Assembly: GCA_951406725.2 (NCBI GenBank) | Contig: OX597816.1 | Location: 28,024,001-28,088,000 of the forward strand | DNA length: 64,000 nt | Direction of reading: 5' to 3' | DNA from: Octopus vulgaris | Taxonomy: Eukaryota | Notes under the pieces: generated by a model | What the model saw: only the letters and a program-made list of their open reading frames with translations | The model's database searches: none | Told to the model about the DNA's origin: nothing | Shown: positions 25,685-38,097 of the stretch, in pieces | Position numbering within the stretch: position 1 is the stretch's first letter | Layout of the letters: every line of letters begins with the position of its first letter | Translations under genes and position numbers: made by a program

Positions 25685-25970
25685 TCAAGCGATAGTGGGA
25701 GAAACACAGGCACAGAAACCTATACACACACATACATACATACATGCATGCACACACACACACAGACACAGAGACACTCACAAACACATATATATGAATA
25801 TATATATATATGACGGACTTGTTTCAGCTTCCGTCTATCAAATCCACTCACAAGTCTTTGATCAGCCCGAGGCTATAGAAGACACTTGCCCAAGGTGTCA
25901 CGCAGCGTGACTAAAAAGCGAACCATATGGTTGGCAAGCAAACTTCTGAATACAGGCCCACAACTGCGCC
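25685..25970 (-). mobile_element. SINE group B partial
   Basis: CCGTCTATCAAATCCACTCACAAG...GACACTTGCCCAAGGTG...CTGCGCC. Confidence 0.75.
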
Positions 25971-26123
25971 TATACATACATACATACATACATACATACA
26001 AACATACATACATACATACATACATACATACGTACATATATACATACATTCACACACACAAACACATATATACATATATATATACGTTCATATATACATA
26101 CATTCACATGCACACATATATAC

Positions 26124-26172
<49 letters not shown>

Positions 26173-26493
26173 TACATATGTTCATACATATCTATACACA
26201 CACGCACGCACACACACACACGTACATATTTACATATACATGAGAGAATGAATTGTGAGGTACTGCACGTTATCAAAATGTTGAATCCAGGTAGATAGTT
26301 CCACATTCCAGTCCTATACTTGACGTGGGTTGACGATAATCTTCCTTTGTTGCTGATAGTTGCGAGGAAGTGGAGGAATGGCATCATGTAATATCGGCAA
26401 CCGGCGTATATAATAGCCACAACCCATTTAATGGAACAGATGTATATCATAAATCATGAAATAGTGTCATATCGTATGTTGATTGTATATATA

Positions 26494-26995
26494 CAGGCAT
26501 TGTATATAATAATGGAAACACCTAGCATCACAGTAATTTTGAAATATCTATAAAACCGTTAAAAGCTTGTATATATTTATTTTGTCATTTATTATTAGTG
26601 CTGCTTAATATGTTTTGCTAACATTGCTGTTTCTTTTCAGATATCATGAGAAAAAGGTAATTCATTAAAATGACAGATCTATTGGACTTTCAAAGACTTC
26701 AAATTGTTGGTTCTCGTATGGCTGGCGCTCGCGTAACGAAAACAGCCAACATGTTTGGCGTATCGAGAAGTAATGTCTCGAAAGTAATGACAGACTTTGA
26801 GAAAGGCGGAAAAACCTCCTTTTCGAAACAAAACATCAGAAGAAACCAAAATTTTCAGATAGGGACCGTTGGCCTCTTACACGAATTGTTAGAAAGTATC
26901 ACAAAAGTACAGCTCCCGAAATTACTGCGGAGCTTAATGACCACCTCGAGAACCCAGTTTCCACAACAACTGTTCGCCGGGAGCTGCACAAACAT
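26494..26995 (+). mobile_element. Tc1-family transposon 5' remnant (paired-like HTH of transposase)
   Basis: TA|CAG start; MTDLLDFQRLQIVGSRMAGARVTKTANMFGVSRSNVSKV and, after a frameshift, SDRDR..LTRIVRK...TAPEITAELNDHLENPVSTTTVRRELHK. Confidence 0.88.
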
Positions 26996-27851
26996 ATAAA
27001 TATGTTTGTGTGTGTGTGTTTCGTGTGCGTGTGTGTGTTTCGTGCGTGTGTATGTGTTTTGTGTGTGCGTGTGTGATTTGTGTGTGTGTGTGTGTTTTGT
27101 GTGTATGTGTGTTTTGTGTGTATGTGTATTCTTTATGCATACCTGCATGCGTTATCACGCATACACGTACACACACAGTCACACATACACACACTCACAC
27201 ACTCACACACACAAGTCCACACACGAATTCACACATACAGAAGCTTACATATATCCATACTAAATAACTATGTTCTAATCTATTGATTTACTTCAATACT
27301 ATATATCTAATAGTAAATTTCTATTGGCTGGTGCCTATTTTATCGACGTGAAAGAAAGAAATCTTTTCAACGATGGCATTTCAACTGAGAAGGTAAAATG
27401 ACGTAATGAATTACCTCGTGGTACTTCCTGCGGCACACTACACATCTCACTCTCTCCTTAACTACTTGTCAATATTTGTTTTCTTTACTTGTTAACCTTT
27501 TCACGCACCATTTCCTGTATATATAAAGTTGCTGACTTCGGGGTATATATTTCAATCAATTAATTAATCACACTTTGCAATACACATCACATGTAGTTGA
27601 AATCAATAACTTCAGCTAAAGATCGAAGGCAATCCCCTTTTATAACTAACGGCCTTGTCTGTTGCCGTTTTATCTTTCTGAAACACAATCTGTGCTTCCA
27701 CTGTTGTAGTCATGTTCCTTCATTCTCTCGGGTCTGGAGCTATTTCCGCTTGATCGAAGCGCCCCCTGTTGCATAATATTGCGTTAGGGTTTTCACGAAA
27801 CTAGTTTTCGAAAGCGTATAAGGTTACGAGTAATTTAACCACCAACACTCA

Positions 27852-27855
27852 TCAA

Positions 27856-27886
<31 letters not shown>

Positions 27887-27998
27887 GTCATCCTCCTCCT
27901 CCTCCTCCTCATCATCATCATCATGATGAGCAGCAGCATCTTCGTCGTTGTCGTCATTATCACCATCACCACAACTACCACCACTATCATTAGCATTG

Positions 27999-28037
<39 letters not shown>

Positions 28038-28185
28038 CTTCCATCTTTCTGATCACCACCATTGGTACTGCAATCATCAACATCGTCGTCGTTGTCATCC
28101 TCCCTCCTCCTACTCCTTCCCATTATCGTCAACATCAACATAACAAAACAACAACTACCGCCACAACCGATATCATTATGCAACA
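27852..28185. repeat. (CAT)n/(CCT)n-rich low-complexity tract
   Basis: Trinucleotide repeats; explains poly-D and poly-M ORFs. Confidence 0.9.
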
Positions 28186-28462
28186 CTAGATGTATCCGTG
28201 TACGTGAGGTGTGCGCAATTTTTGTGAAAGTGTAATTATGTTGGTATACTACATCAGCTGCACTGTTTTGAGTGTTACATTGGTATTTTAAGTGTTTCCT
28301 GCGCTGAGAATCTGTAATATATTCTGCGCTATTCTGTTACGTGAGTTTTGTGAGGAACACCTCAGGAGTGAATGGTGTAATGTGTAAGAGCATGCGTTTG
28401 TGATTGTATAAATTATGTTTTGTATGGGATGTGTTAAATTATATTGACTTAAAATTTTGTTA

Positions 28463-28910
28463 CAGGGCCAGCAAGTTCGGGGGTGGGGTAAGTAGCAGGT
28501 ATTTATTTCATCGACCCTAAAATGACGAAAGTGGAGGCCCGTGGCTTAGTTGTTAGGGTGTCAGCACCATGATCGTAAGATTGTGGTTTCGATACCTGGA
28601 CCGGGCGGCGCGTTGTGTTCTTGAGCAAAACACTGCATTTCATGTTGCTCCAGTCCACTCAGCTGGCAAAAATGAGTAATGCTGCGATGGACTGGCGTCC
28701 CGTCCAGCTGGAGGGAACACATACGCTATAGAAACCGGGAAACCGGGCCCATGAGCCTGGCTAGACTTTAAAAGGGCGCATTTACTTTATTTTAAAAGGA
28801 CGAAAGGTAAAGAGGATCTCATCTGAATTTGTAGTCAGAACATGAAAACAGACCAAGTGATGCTAAGCATTTTGCCCAGCATGGTAAAGATTCTGACAGC
28901 TGGCCGCCTT
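28463..28910 (-). mobile_element. old SINE group C interrupted by a younger SINE
   Basis: TATTTCATCGACCC|...|GACGAAAGGTAAAG...GCTAAGCATTTTGCCCAGC...CAGCTGGCCGCC flanks the insertion. Confidence 0.65.
28532..28792 (+). mobile_element. tRNA SINE (CORE-like body Y + tail T2), nested insertion
   Basis: TSD TAAAA(T/G)GACGAAAG at 28518-28531 and 28793-28806; TTGAGCAAAACACT...CTCAGCTGGCAAAAATGAGT body. Confidence 0.88.
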
Positions 28911-29200
28911 CATATGTTAATACGTAATGTGCAGTTGTATATGCGATATTGATGGCGCGTGATATGTGATACCGAATCGCAATCTTTTAATGGTATATAA
29001 TGTATTACTTTATAGGGCGTTTATCGTATAAATTATGAATGTATCCGATGAATTGTTTCAACGTATTGATTGCGTAGATTAAGTGGGTGATGACCATGTG
29101 AAGTACTTACAAGGTACTTTGTTTTGTTTCTGTTGGTGTTGGTCTTTTAACGTACGGTCTGTGTAGATTGTCCTGATTTAGTGGGTGTTGGTTCGGTAAT

Positions 29201-29515
29201 TGAAGGCGCATGGCTTAGCGGTTAGGGCTCATGATCACAAGGTCTTGCTTCCGATTTCCAGCGGCACGTTGTACTTGAGCAAGATGCTTTATTTCACGTT
29301 GCTCCAGTCCACTCAGCTGGCAAAAATGAGTTGTACCTACATTTTGAAAGACCAGCCTTATCCCATTATGTTTCACGCTGAATCTCTCTAAGATCTTCGT
29401 GAAGCTTTCGCATGACTGTAAAGCGCTCAGCCACTTGCACGTGAAATTCACGAACAGGATGCTCTGTTGATCGAATCAACTGGAAACCTCGCAGTCGAAA
29501 CCAACGGAGGGCCAG
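29201..29515 (+). mobile_element. degenerate tRNA SINE (body Y + tail T1)
   Basis: GAAGGCGCATGGCTTAGCGG head, body Y, then TGTACCT..ATTT.AAAG.CCAGCCTT...GCTCAGCCACTTGCACG tail. Confidence 0.75.
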
Positions 29516-30649
29516 ATTGATCGTATAAATTATGTTTTGTGTGAGTTGCGAAAAATATTAGGTAAGTACATTATGATATTGAATTCGACGTAACTTGTAT
29601 AGGACGAGAGCCGTAACAAGCAGAACAAATTTTCTGCCTCTGTGCACAGTTCTACGCCATGCTATATACCTTTTGTCCAGTCTCTCATTTAATCGTCTCT
29701 TGTCCTCAAAATATGATTAGGACTGCCTTCACTTCTTACCCAAAATTACATTTTACTTTTAACATGAAAATACAAATTCCATGTAGTTTCGTGGTGTTGT
29801 AAATCTAAAAATTTCTTACAGAAAATATTATAGTTAGACATGATCGGAACCCCCATCTCAATACGGTCATTGTCATATCCTTGAGTTTGCATTCTCTGGC
29901 TCATATAGAGTTTCTAAGTCTATCTTAGCCAGATAATTTATACATGCTGTGTTTGTTACATGCTTATACAAGGGTTTTCTCAATATACAGGTTGGAACGC
30001 TAGTATATTACATAATAGGCATAACGGCTAATTCGAATGTTTGCGTATAAAGTCAAGCATTGCAAAGACTAGGCATCGAGATTGTGATAGATTATCGTAT
30101 TATTCTGTTTGCACAGAGTCACATGCTTATGACTTTGTTCTTATGTTGCTATAAATAGGTCCTGTGTACCAGAAATCAAGCCTGGTTTCCCATCGCTATG
30201 AGATGAAAATTGGATTGGTTTTCCTCTGATCTTTTGCCTTTGTGTAAATTTCGTTTTTCGGTTATTTTACTTGAAATCCGTTCTACAGTATGTTTTCCAG
30301 TGAAGTTATCTTCATATCTTCCCATTTGCAGTTTATTGTTTCTTTATAAATACAGGGGAAAATAGTTTCTTTTTGTATTCATTGTCCTATTGTTATAAGT
30401 GAATTCAATTTTCTATATAATCTGACCCGAGTGTTGTCCTCCTTTCTAATTTTCTCTTTGATTTCTCTTTTATTTTATCAGTTATTTATTATCGTATTGT
30501 TATCTATGAACTAACTATTTTATATTAATACCACCCTTCTGTTATACGTTTTCACAATTTCCCCTTTCATTTCCTTGTCTTTTATTTTATCACTTTCATC
30601 CTCACCTAGATATTTCTATCTGTAGTTATAGACTGAGACTACTGTCTCA

Positions 30650-30710
30650 GTATGGGATTAATTTCGTTTGTATGGGATTAATTTCGTTTGTATGGGATTA
30701 ATTTCGCTTG
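30650..30710. repeat. 20-bp tandem repeat x3
   Basis: GTATGGGATTAATTTCGTTT repeated. Confidence 0.9.
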
Positions 30711-31139
30711 TTGTCTCGTCATATATCTATTTTTATATACTAACTTCTTGAAGAATAATTAGTGGGGAATTGCTTGATTTTTACTCCCACCCTTTTATTA
30801 TCTCTATTTCGTGATTTTTATATTTTACCATCTGTATTAGAAATCCGTTATTGTTAGTTAAGACTGATACTTCAGTTATGACGATCTATCTTTCGTTATG
30901 GCTCTTGATAACGATGTATGACTGAAGATCCTTGGCACGATTTCTTACACCGATTGACATATCCCGAAGTATTGTCGATTTGTTGTTGTACGTGATCCGA
31001 TTCTCGTATAAAACTATAAAGCATATATCTCGTTGTTATTACTTAATGCTGGCATGAATGTCCATATATGGAAGTCTCACACTTTGCCAGTCGATGCATT
31101 ATTTCTTAGCATGAGCTAGCTGAGATACAATTATCAACT

Positions 31140-31250
31140 GTTCCTTATTTCTTTATTGCCCACAAGGGGCTAAACATAGAGGGAACAAACAAGGACAGAC
31201 AAAGGGATTAAGTCGATTACATGAACCCCCAGTGCGTAACTGGTACTTAC
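31140..31250 (-). mobile_element. SINE group C 3' fragment
   Basis: TATTTCTTTATTGCCCACAAGGGGCTAAAC...GTGCGTAACTGGTACTTA. Confidence 0.8.
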
Positions 31251-31268
31251 TGTTTCTTACATTCAATC

Positions 31269-32535
31269 TATCAAAACGTTCTCGGACTAGTTCTATAACG
31301 AGCCAACAGATGGCAGAACACGGTTGCTTGCGCAGTGAGAGCTAGCAGTGACATTTATGATGCAGTGTGCCGCGTAACATTGCTGTGTTTACTTTAGAAG
31401 TTGCGAAAGTTGCGTTTTTGTGATCACGTTTATGCTGAACTCTGCGATTTTGTCATCGACAGGAAGTTAGAAGAAAGAACCAAAAGGAAATTTTGCATTA
31501 AGCTTCGGACGTCTGCTACAAATATATTGAACATGCTTCTGCAAACTTACAGCGACTAGGCCATGGGTTGTATGCATGTTTGGAGTGTCATGGGCACTTC
31601 AAGGGCAGAAGAACGTCGCTGGAAAACCTTCCGCGACCGTCACCTCGGGACGTGGAGAAAATTCATTAGCTTGTGCATGAGGATCATCAACGACATTGCT
31701 GATGTTGTTGGTCTGTCGTATAGGTTCGTGCAGGCAATCCTAACGCCTGAATGGAACATGCGGCGTGTCTCTACCCATTTTGACCCTACCTGCTGACTAC
31801 TGAGCAAAAAGAACTTCGGGTCGAAGATTGCCAAGAGCTCCGTCAGCGTACCGCTGATGACTCATCCTTAATGTCGAGGATCTTCACAGTTGACAAAAGT
31901 TGGGTCTACGCGTATGAAGCAGTACTCCTAACCGAAGAATGCACTCCGCGACCGAAGAAGGCACGACAGAGCCGCAGCTCAATAAAGAGCGTACTCATTG
32001 TTTTTTTTCCGAAATTAACCGTATTGTGCATCGAGAATTTGTCCCCTAGGGCTAGACCGTCAATTGAGAGATCTACTGCGATATTTTGAAGCGTTTGAGT
32101 GGGGTAAATTCGGCGAAAACAAACAGATCTTTGGAGTGCGAGGAATTGGATTTTTCATGCCGACAATGCACCCTGGAAGCGAGTTTTCCTCACTCTTGAG
32201 TTTCTCGCCAAAAACAATATGATATCATTTTTGCACCCTCCCTATTTGACCGATTTAGCACCCATGAACTCTCATCTCCTCCCCAAGATAATAAAAAAGC
32301 AGCTTAGAGGTCACCGTTTTAATTCCGTTGTCGATGTGCAGAGCGAATCGCAGAAGACCATCGACTCGCTTTCGTAAAACGAATTCCAGGCCGGATTCCA
32401 AAAGTTGATGGAACGCTGGGACTTATGTGTTGCTGCGCAAGGTGGCTATTTAGAATGCGATGATGTTGAAACAGAAGTTTATAAAATATTTTTTTTTAAA
32501 CATAACTAGTCCCGGAACGTTTTGATACTACCTCG
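31269..32535 (+). mobile_element. near full-length decayed mariner (DD34D type), ~1.27 kb
   Basis: TIRs TATCAAAACGTTCTCGGACTAGTT and AACTAGTCCCGGAACGTTTTGATA(CTACCTCG); motifs TVDKSWVYAYE, PRPKKARQSRS, HADNAP, HPPYLTDLAP, ERWDLCVAAQGGY; multiple frameshifts. Confidence 0.92.
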
Positions 32536-32799
32536 TGTTGCTGCTACTTAATATATTTTACTTCTTTACTTGCAGTAGTTACTTTCTTGTGCCGAAGCGT
32601 TGATACAGAGCTGTAATCAAATATCATTCTCTCGCCCTTGATCCAATGTTGCCATTTTAAAAAATTTATTTCCAAACTGTTCAGCTTTATCAGGTCCTGG
32701 TATGTAGTAGGTTTCCTTATTAACTCTTTACCACTTATCGAGTGGTGCCTTTTGTCTTTTAGATTTAGCCTTTTTACATTTTTTGTTGTTATCTTTCAA

Positions 32800-33110
32800 T
32801 TTTCTTAACTATTAGACTGCAGAGATGCTAGGGTACCGCTTTGAAAGGGATTTGTCAAACAAATTCCACCCAGTACTTATTCATTTAAGACTTCAAATTA
32901 TTTTATCAGTTGCTTAAGCTGACTCGCTAGGTCACGAGGAAGTAAACGGGCGAACCGCAGTTATCAAGCGGTTGGGGATAAATACAACACAAAAATGTAT
33001 ATTACACACGCACGCACATAAACACACACACACACACACATACACACACATACACACACACACATACATCTAGTGGGCTTTCAGTTTCCCTGACCAAACC
33101 TATTCACAAA
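32800..33110 (-). mobile_element. degenerate SINE group B
   Basis: GACTGCAG..ATGCTAG..TACCGC...CCCAGTACTTATT...TCAAGCGG...CAGTTTCC similarity. Confidence 0.5.
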
Positions 33111-34181
33111 ATGTATTGTCTAAAAATTTTAGAAACGCCTATCCTTACCCTCATACAATCGCCTTCCCAGGCTACAAAATAAATTCATCCCAATTTCAGT
33201 CAACCGTTATACAACACACGGAAACACATCCTTCATTCTTGTCATTAACTATGTCGCGAATCCATGACGGGATGGTCGCGGACAGAATACCTTCCACCGT
33301 AGCTCTAATACTGTGGAAGGCATTCCAACATTGTAGTCTCTTGTAGCCCGATGTTTTGTATTTATTGTCCACCTGTTTACTAATGTTACCACGGTTTATA
33401 TACCACTAACCTTAGAATAAGTATGTACAGACCGTTCTCGAACCCTCAAAGAAACCTTCATATCATTTGTTGCAATACCTTCCCTAGGCAACACCTAGGT
33501 GAGGTGTTGCCTACACTCTCCATCACCAATAATTTTCCGTGAGTAAAAGCTCATTTTACAATACTGCGTGCGTTTTATCTTCATTTTATCTTCATCTAGA
33601 TTTTATTTCCATTAAATGCTGTTGTGATATACCGAAGAAAAGTGCATCAACCTTGAAATAGTATATGCATCACTGCACAACCTGTTTTAAGCAAATTGTT
33701 TTAAGCAAATTGGACGGGTTATAGAATTACAAAACCATGTAAACAAACTCGTATTGCAGAATAATATTTATAGTAGAAATTTAATCAAACCAGTATGCCA
33801 CTTAATTTATAATACGCACAGAATCCCAGTTCATGTTGTTATTGATGTTTAACCCTAGGTCCAATCTGAGTCAACTGGTCTATTCTGAAAATTGTTTTAG
33901 TCGAGACCGTCAAATCGGCATTTCATTATATAAACGTATTTAGGATTAGATTATCTGCTGTATCATTAACTTTTTAAAAAGACATAGAGTGTGATACCTG
34001 CTATAATAGTTCTAACCTTGAGCGAAATTCAATTGAAACATATCAACAAATTTCTCTAATCAAAAGTAATCAGTAACAGCTTCTCATATAGATATAGGAA
34101 TTAAGATCTCTCAGTCAAGGAGAATACAACAACATCGAAAAATACCATAGGAATGAGAACCCGTGTTCGAAATTTCCTCAA

Positions 34182-34227
34182 GACACCTGACGAAGGCTGG
34201 AGGGTATATCAGCCGAAACGTTGTGTT
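34182..34227 (+). ncRNA. minimal type-I hammerhead ribozyme (canonical core) in a Penelope-type repeat (~34141-34272)
   Basis: GACAC-CTGACGA-A-GGCTG-GAGGGTATAT-CAGCC-GAAA-CG-TT-GTGTT; truncated relative at 16702-16737 (-). Confidence 0.75.
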
Positions 34228-34890
34228 AACAATAAACAAGATGAGGACAAATATCCGTCAATTGTAAATAATTTAATACTTTCACGTTTGAACCAAGGGT
34301 TCATCATCTTTCTCACAGAATGGGTTTATATGAACAATGCAGATAACTTAAAATATTCTATATAAATCTTCACCTGGCCTAACTGCTATCACAGGTTCTG
34401 AGTTCCACAAGGCCATGTACTGAATAGTTTGCCATATGCTTTTTCAGTTTTTTTTTTCAATTCACCTCCCGTTCGGTACATCTTAACAATAATGATATTT
34501 TATTTTTAAAGCTGATACATGAGTGAGAAATTCAGCTTAAGATGGAAAATGGAGTCATATGATATACAATATATCTGTGTAGTGAATAAAATAATTCACA
34601 ATATAAAAATGGTTTCGCGTTCGAAGCTGACAGAATAACGACAGCAGCAACAACAGTCTCAATAATAGTAACAGCAACGGCGTCAAAAGCAGCAACAGCA
34701 ATAGCAAATACAACAATGTGTAAAGTTTGACAACTTCAAGTGTGAAACATCGGAATAAACTTTACAAATAAATTAGAATAGATAAAGTAGAATAGATATT
34801 CATTTATAATAATAAAATATTACGGAGATGTACTTGCATAGCAAGTGATTTGATCTGAGATCGTGTGCTGGAACCAAAACAATTGCAGCG

Positions 34891-35139
34891 TGGAAGGTGT
34901 TTTTAAACCATTTAAGAAACACACAAAAGCCGTTCGATTCACTTCAATATTTAAGTTTAATTTGTCAACAAATTTTCGTCGCTATAAGACCGCGACCTGT
35001 TCACTGACAACACGGATTTTTGTCAGTGAACAGGTCGCGGTCTTAAAGCGACGAAAATATTTTGACAAGTTAAACTTAAATGTTGAAGTGAATCGAACGG
35101 CTTTTGTGTGTTTCTTAAATGGCTTATAAACACCTTCCA
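34891..35139. repeat. 120-bp inverted repeat, 9-nt spacer, each arm with a hammerhead-like motif
   Basis: 34891-35010 is the reverse complement of 35020-35139 with few mismatches. Confidence 0.92.
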
Positions 35140-35557
35140 ATAATAAAATAGCTTTCATGGAAACAGAACTGAATGGAGAGGTTTACAACTGTATAAAAAA
35201 AACAGCATAAATATAAAGGAAATAAATGGTTCATGGCGTTAACAAGATAACTCTATTTGTCAGATGGGAAATAGAGCGGGATTTTCGAATTCCTTCTTAC
35301 TAAATTATGATTATATCTGAAAGTATGAATTATTCCACCCGCATAAAAATATAACATGAAGTATCGCTTTAGGGAAAGAATGAATGCCAGAATGTTTCAA
35401 TTCATATCTATTTCTCTTGTAAGAATTTAACATTCAATAAACTCGATGCGAGGGCCATAACGTTTATATCTCGTCGTTGTTTATAATACAAATAGTTCAA
35501 ATGTTCTTTAGAAAGGCATGAGCGCTTCTTTTTTACAACTTATTATTTACGACCAGT

Positions 35558-35750
35558 GAAGGCGACAGCTGGCAGAACTGCTATCGCGCTGGTTAAATCG
35601 CTTCGTGGCATTTCGTTCATCGTTACATTCTGAGTTAAAATTCCGCCCAGGTCAACTTTGCCTTTTCATCCTTTTGGGGGTAGATTAAATAAATACCAGT
35701 TGAACACTGAGATCAATGTAATCAACTGCCCCTCCCCCAAAACTGCTGTC
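35558..35750 (+). mobile_element. SINE group C monomer, older
   Basis: GGCGACAGCTGGCAGAA...TCTGAGTTAAAATTCCGCC..GGTCAACTTTGCCTTTTCATCC. Confidence 0.75.
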
Positions 35751-36313
35751 CTTTTCTTTATATATAACTGTTTTGGGACATGACCTACATCCTCGTTTTC
35801 TATTTAAAACTGTATAACACATTTCACTAATGCTTTAAAAACTTTCATTCATCAAGCCTGAAGTTTTCTTTTTAGTTTGGATTTTAAAAGAAACCCAGTT
35901 AAATGTTCAGATGTCAGAGACATTGGAGTGGCTGCTCTGCTTTTTAACCAATTTGTTATTCGTTTTACGAACTGTTTTTCGAACCGTTTTTATACCGGGG
36001 ATATATATAATTTCTTACATGTAGACTACAAGAAACGTTAAAGTTTCTGAAATAATTATCTTGAAATGTAGTAAGAGATTTATATAGATAGAAAAGTATA
36101 AAGATGCAGGAATAACGATAGGAAAACGCAAGAAGCGAGTGATATGATTAGAAAATATAAACCAATGCGCGAGTGATATAGAGAGATATATCATGAGTAA
36201 ATACGGAGTGATCTAGGAAGAAAATATGTTGTAAGGAGAATGTGATATTGATAGCAAAGAGTAAAGAGGCAAAATACAGTAATGTGAGAGAGAAAGATAG
36301 TGAGAGGAGATTT

Positions 36314-36362
<49 letters not shown>

Positions 36363-36780
36363 AGAGAGATTTAGTTAGAAAACATTGTTACAAGATTTTT
36401 ATGTAGACCGAAAAGAGTAAGTATGCAGTGATATAGTTAGAAAATAAGGACAAACATGAAGTTATATAGTTTGAAAATAGAGAGCGAATGAGGAGGGAGT
36501 GATATGGATTGAATTTGGAACATAACATGTCTTATATAGAATATTTATTGATTTTTCGATTATCAAATTTCAAATACTGCACATTCGTTGATATAAAACA
36601 TGACTCTTCTTGTTATCTATTATTTTTAGCCAAAATTATATTTGAAAAATCTTTCATCATTTACATGCTTTGAAATGTCTTTAGTTTCTCCTTCCTTTAA
36701 TTATATTATATGTATTTCTATCTTATAATATTACCCTTTATTGATTCATCTGAGAATCCACAGAGAATGCCGAAATGTGC

Positions 36781-36830
36781 ACTTACCTGTAAAAGAGAAT
36801 CCCAATAAAAAAACAAAAATGAAATACAAT
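36781..36830 (-). promoter_or_regulatory. candidate recursive splice site (3'ss immediately followed by 5'ss)
   Basis: Minus strand TTTCATTTTTGTTTTTTTATTGGGATTCTCTTTTACAG|GTAAGT; junction 36787/36786; not inside a recognisable repeat. Confidence 0.55.
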
Positions 36831-38097
36831 TTTTCTGGTTAAATTTTTATTTCCTCTTATTTTCTTCTTTTCAATCTCTCTTTTTAACTATTGCATACGC
36901 ACATCATCTTTGCCATTCTCTCTTACTCCTTCAGTTGTGTCCCTCTCTCTCTAAAACCCTATGTTGATATGTATCGCTGTTTCTACCTTTTCTTTCCAAC
37001 TTTCTACATTTTGTTTGCTCTCAGTGATATTGTCTCTAAGGCTCTATTTTCTTTCTCTCTTCCACTCGTTTAGTTTCTGTAATACTCTTCGTATCTGTTC
37101 CTTTCTCTTTGGTCATCGATATCTACTACCCTCCTAATTTGTCTCTTCTATTTACTCTTTCTCTCTCTTCCTTTTTCGAAGCTTCTATCTGTTTTGCTCT
37201 TTGTCTATTTTCCTCTCTGTCACTAACATTCTCATATCATTTATTCCTCTTTTCTATCTAGTACACCACAATCCTCACAATGTTCTACTCCACATTTATA
37301 AACGAAGTAGAATCGCTTCGAACCGAAACAGCTTATAATATAAAATTATATATATATTCGCGTGTGTGTGAGCGTACCTGAGTGTGCTTGTGTGTGTGTG
37401 TGTGTGTGTGTATGTGTGTGTGTGTGTGTGTGTAGCTACTTCTTCCCTAATACCTCTTAATTCTGACCAGTACCACTGAAACTACACGGTCAAAATATAC
37501 ATGCATTTATATATTACAAATATTACATATATTGAAAGTCAACTCATTAATAAGTGTAACCATCACTTAATAGTGAGCCACAAATAAAGCCGGATTTTTA
37601 CCCTAGTTGCTGAGCTGCAGCTTTTCTTACAGTTATTACATAAATTTGTCATCTCAGTTCAATGCAATGCAATTTCATGGTAATATGTACGGAAATGAGG
37701 GGTATCTTTAGACTTCTAATAGATTGATCACATATATTTGTACGAATGGCAGACAGTATTTCATATAATTGAAATTTATGATTAGCTTGCTGTAGTCCAT
37801 ATGCCCTTGTGTAGATTACGAGACCAACGTTAGAAATACAAACTCGGTTATTTATTAAAGATTTTGAGGGATAATTAATATGTATGAGGCTTAAGTTACC
37901 TGTATCTTTTTAATTCTGTATCATTAACGCGTTTGGGGGCGCCTATTGCATATATATTTCCGTACTTGATTCAATCAATTCCCATTTCACGTGAATATTA
38001 ATCCGTTTTTCATATCAAATTTTGAGCCGTCTTCGAAGCTATTATTGTTAACCTGTACCAGATTTTATCCACTCCACCAACAGTCAAATATTTATAT

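Noticed and set aside
25200-30710. Short tandem repeats of 30 and 20 bp as a possible CRISPR-like array
   Set aside because: Head-to-tail repeats without spacers, in eukaryotic DNA.
33485-33513. 12-bp hairpin TAGGCAACACCT/AGGTGTTGCCTA and ORF 33116..33346
   Set aside because: Isolated short inversion; no recognisable element or protein motif.
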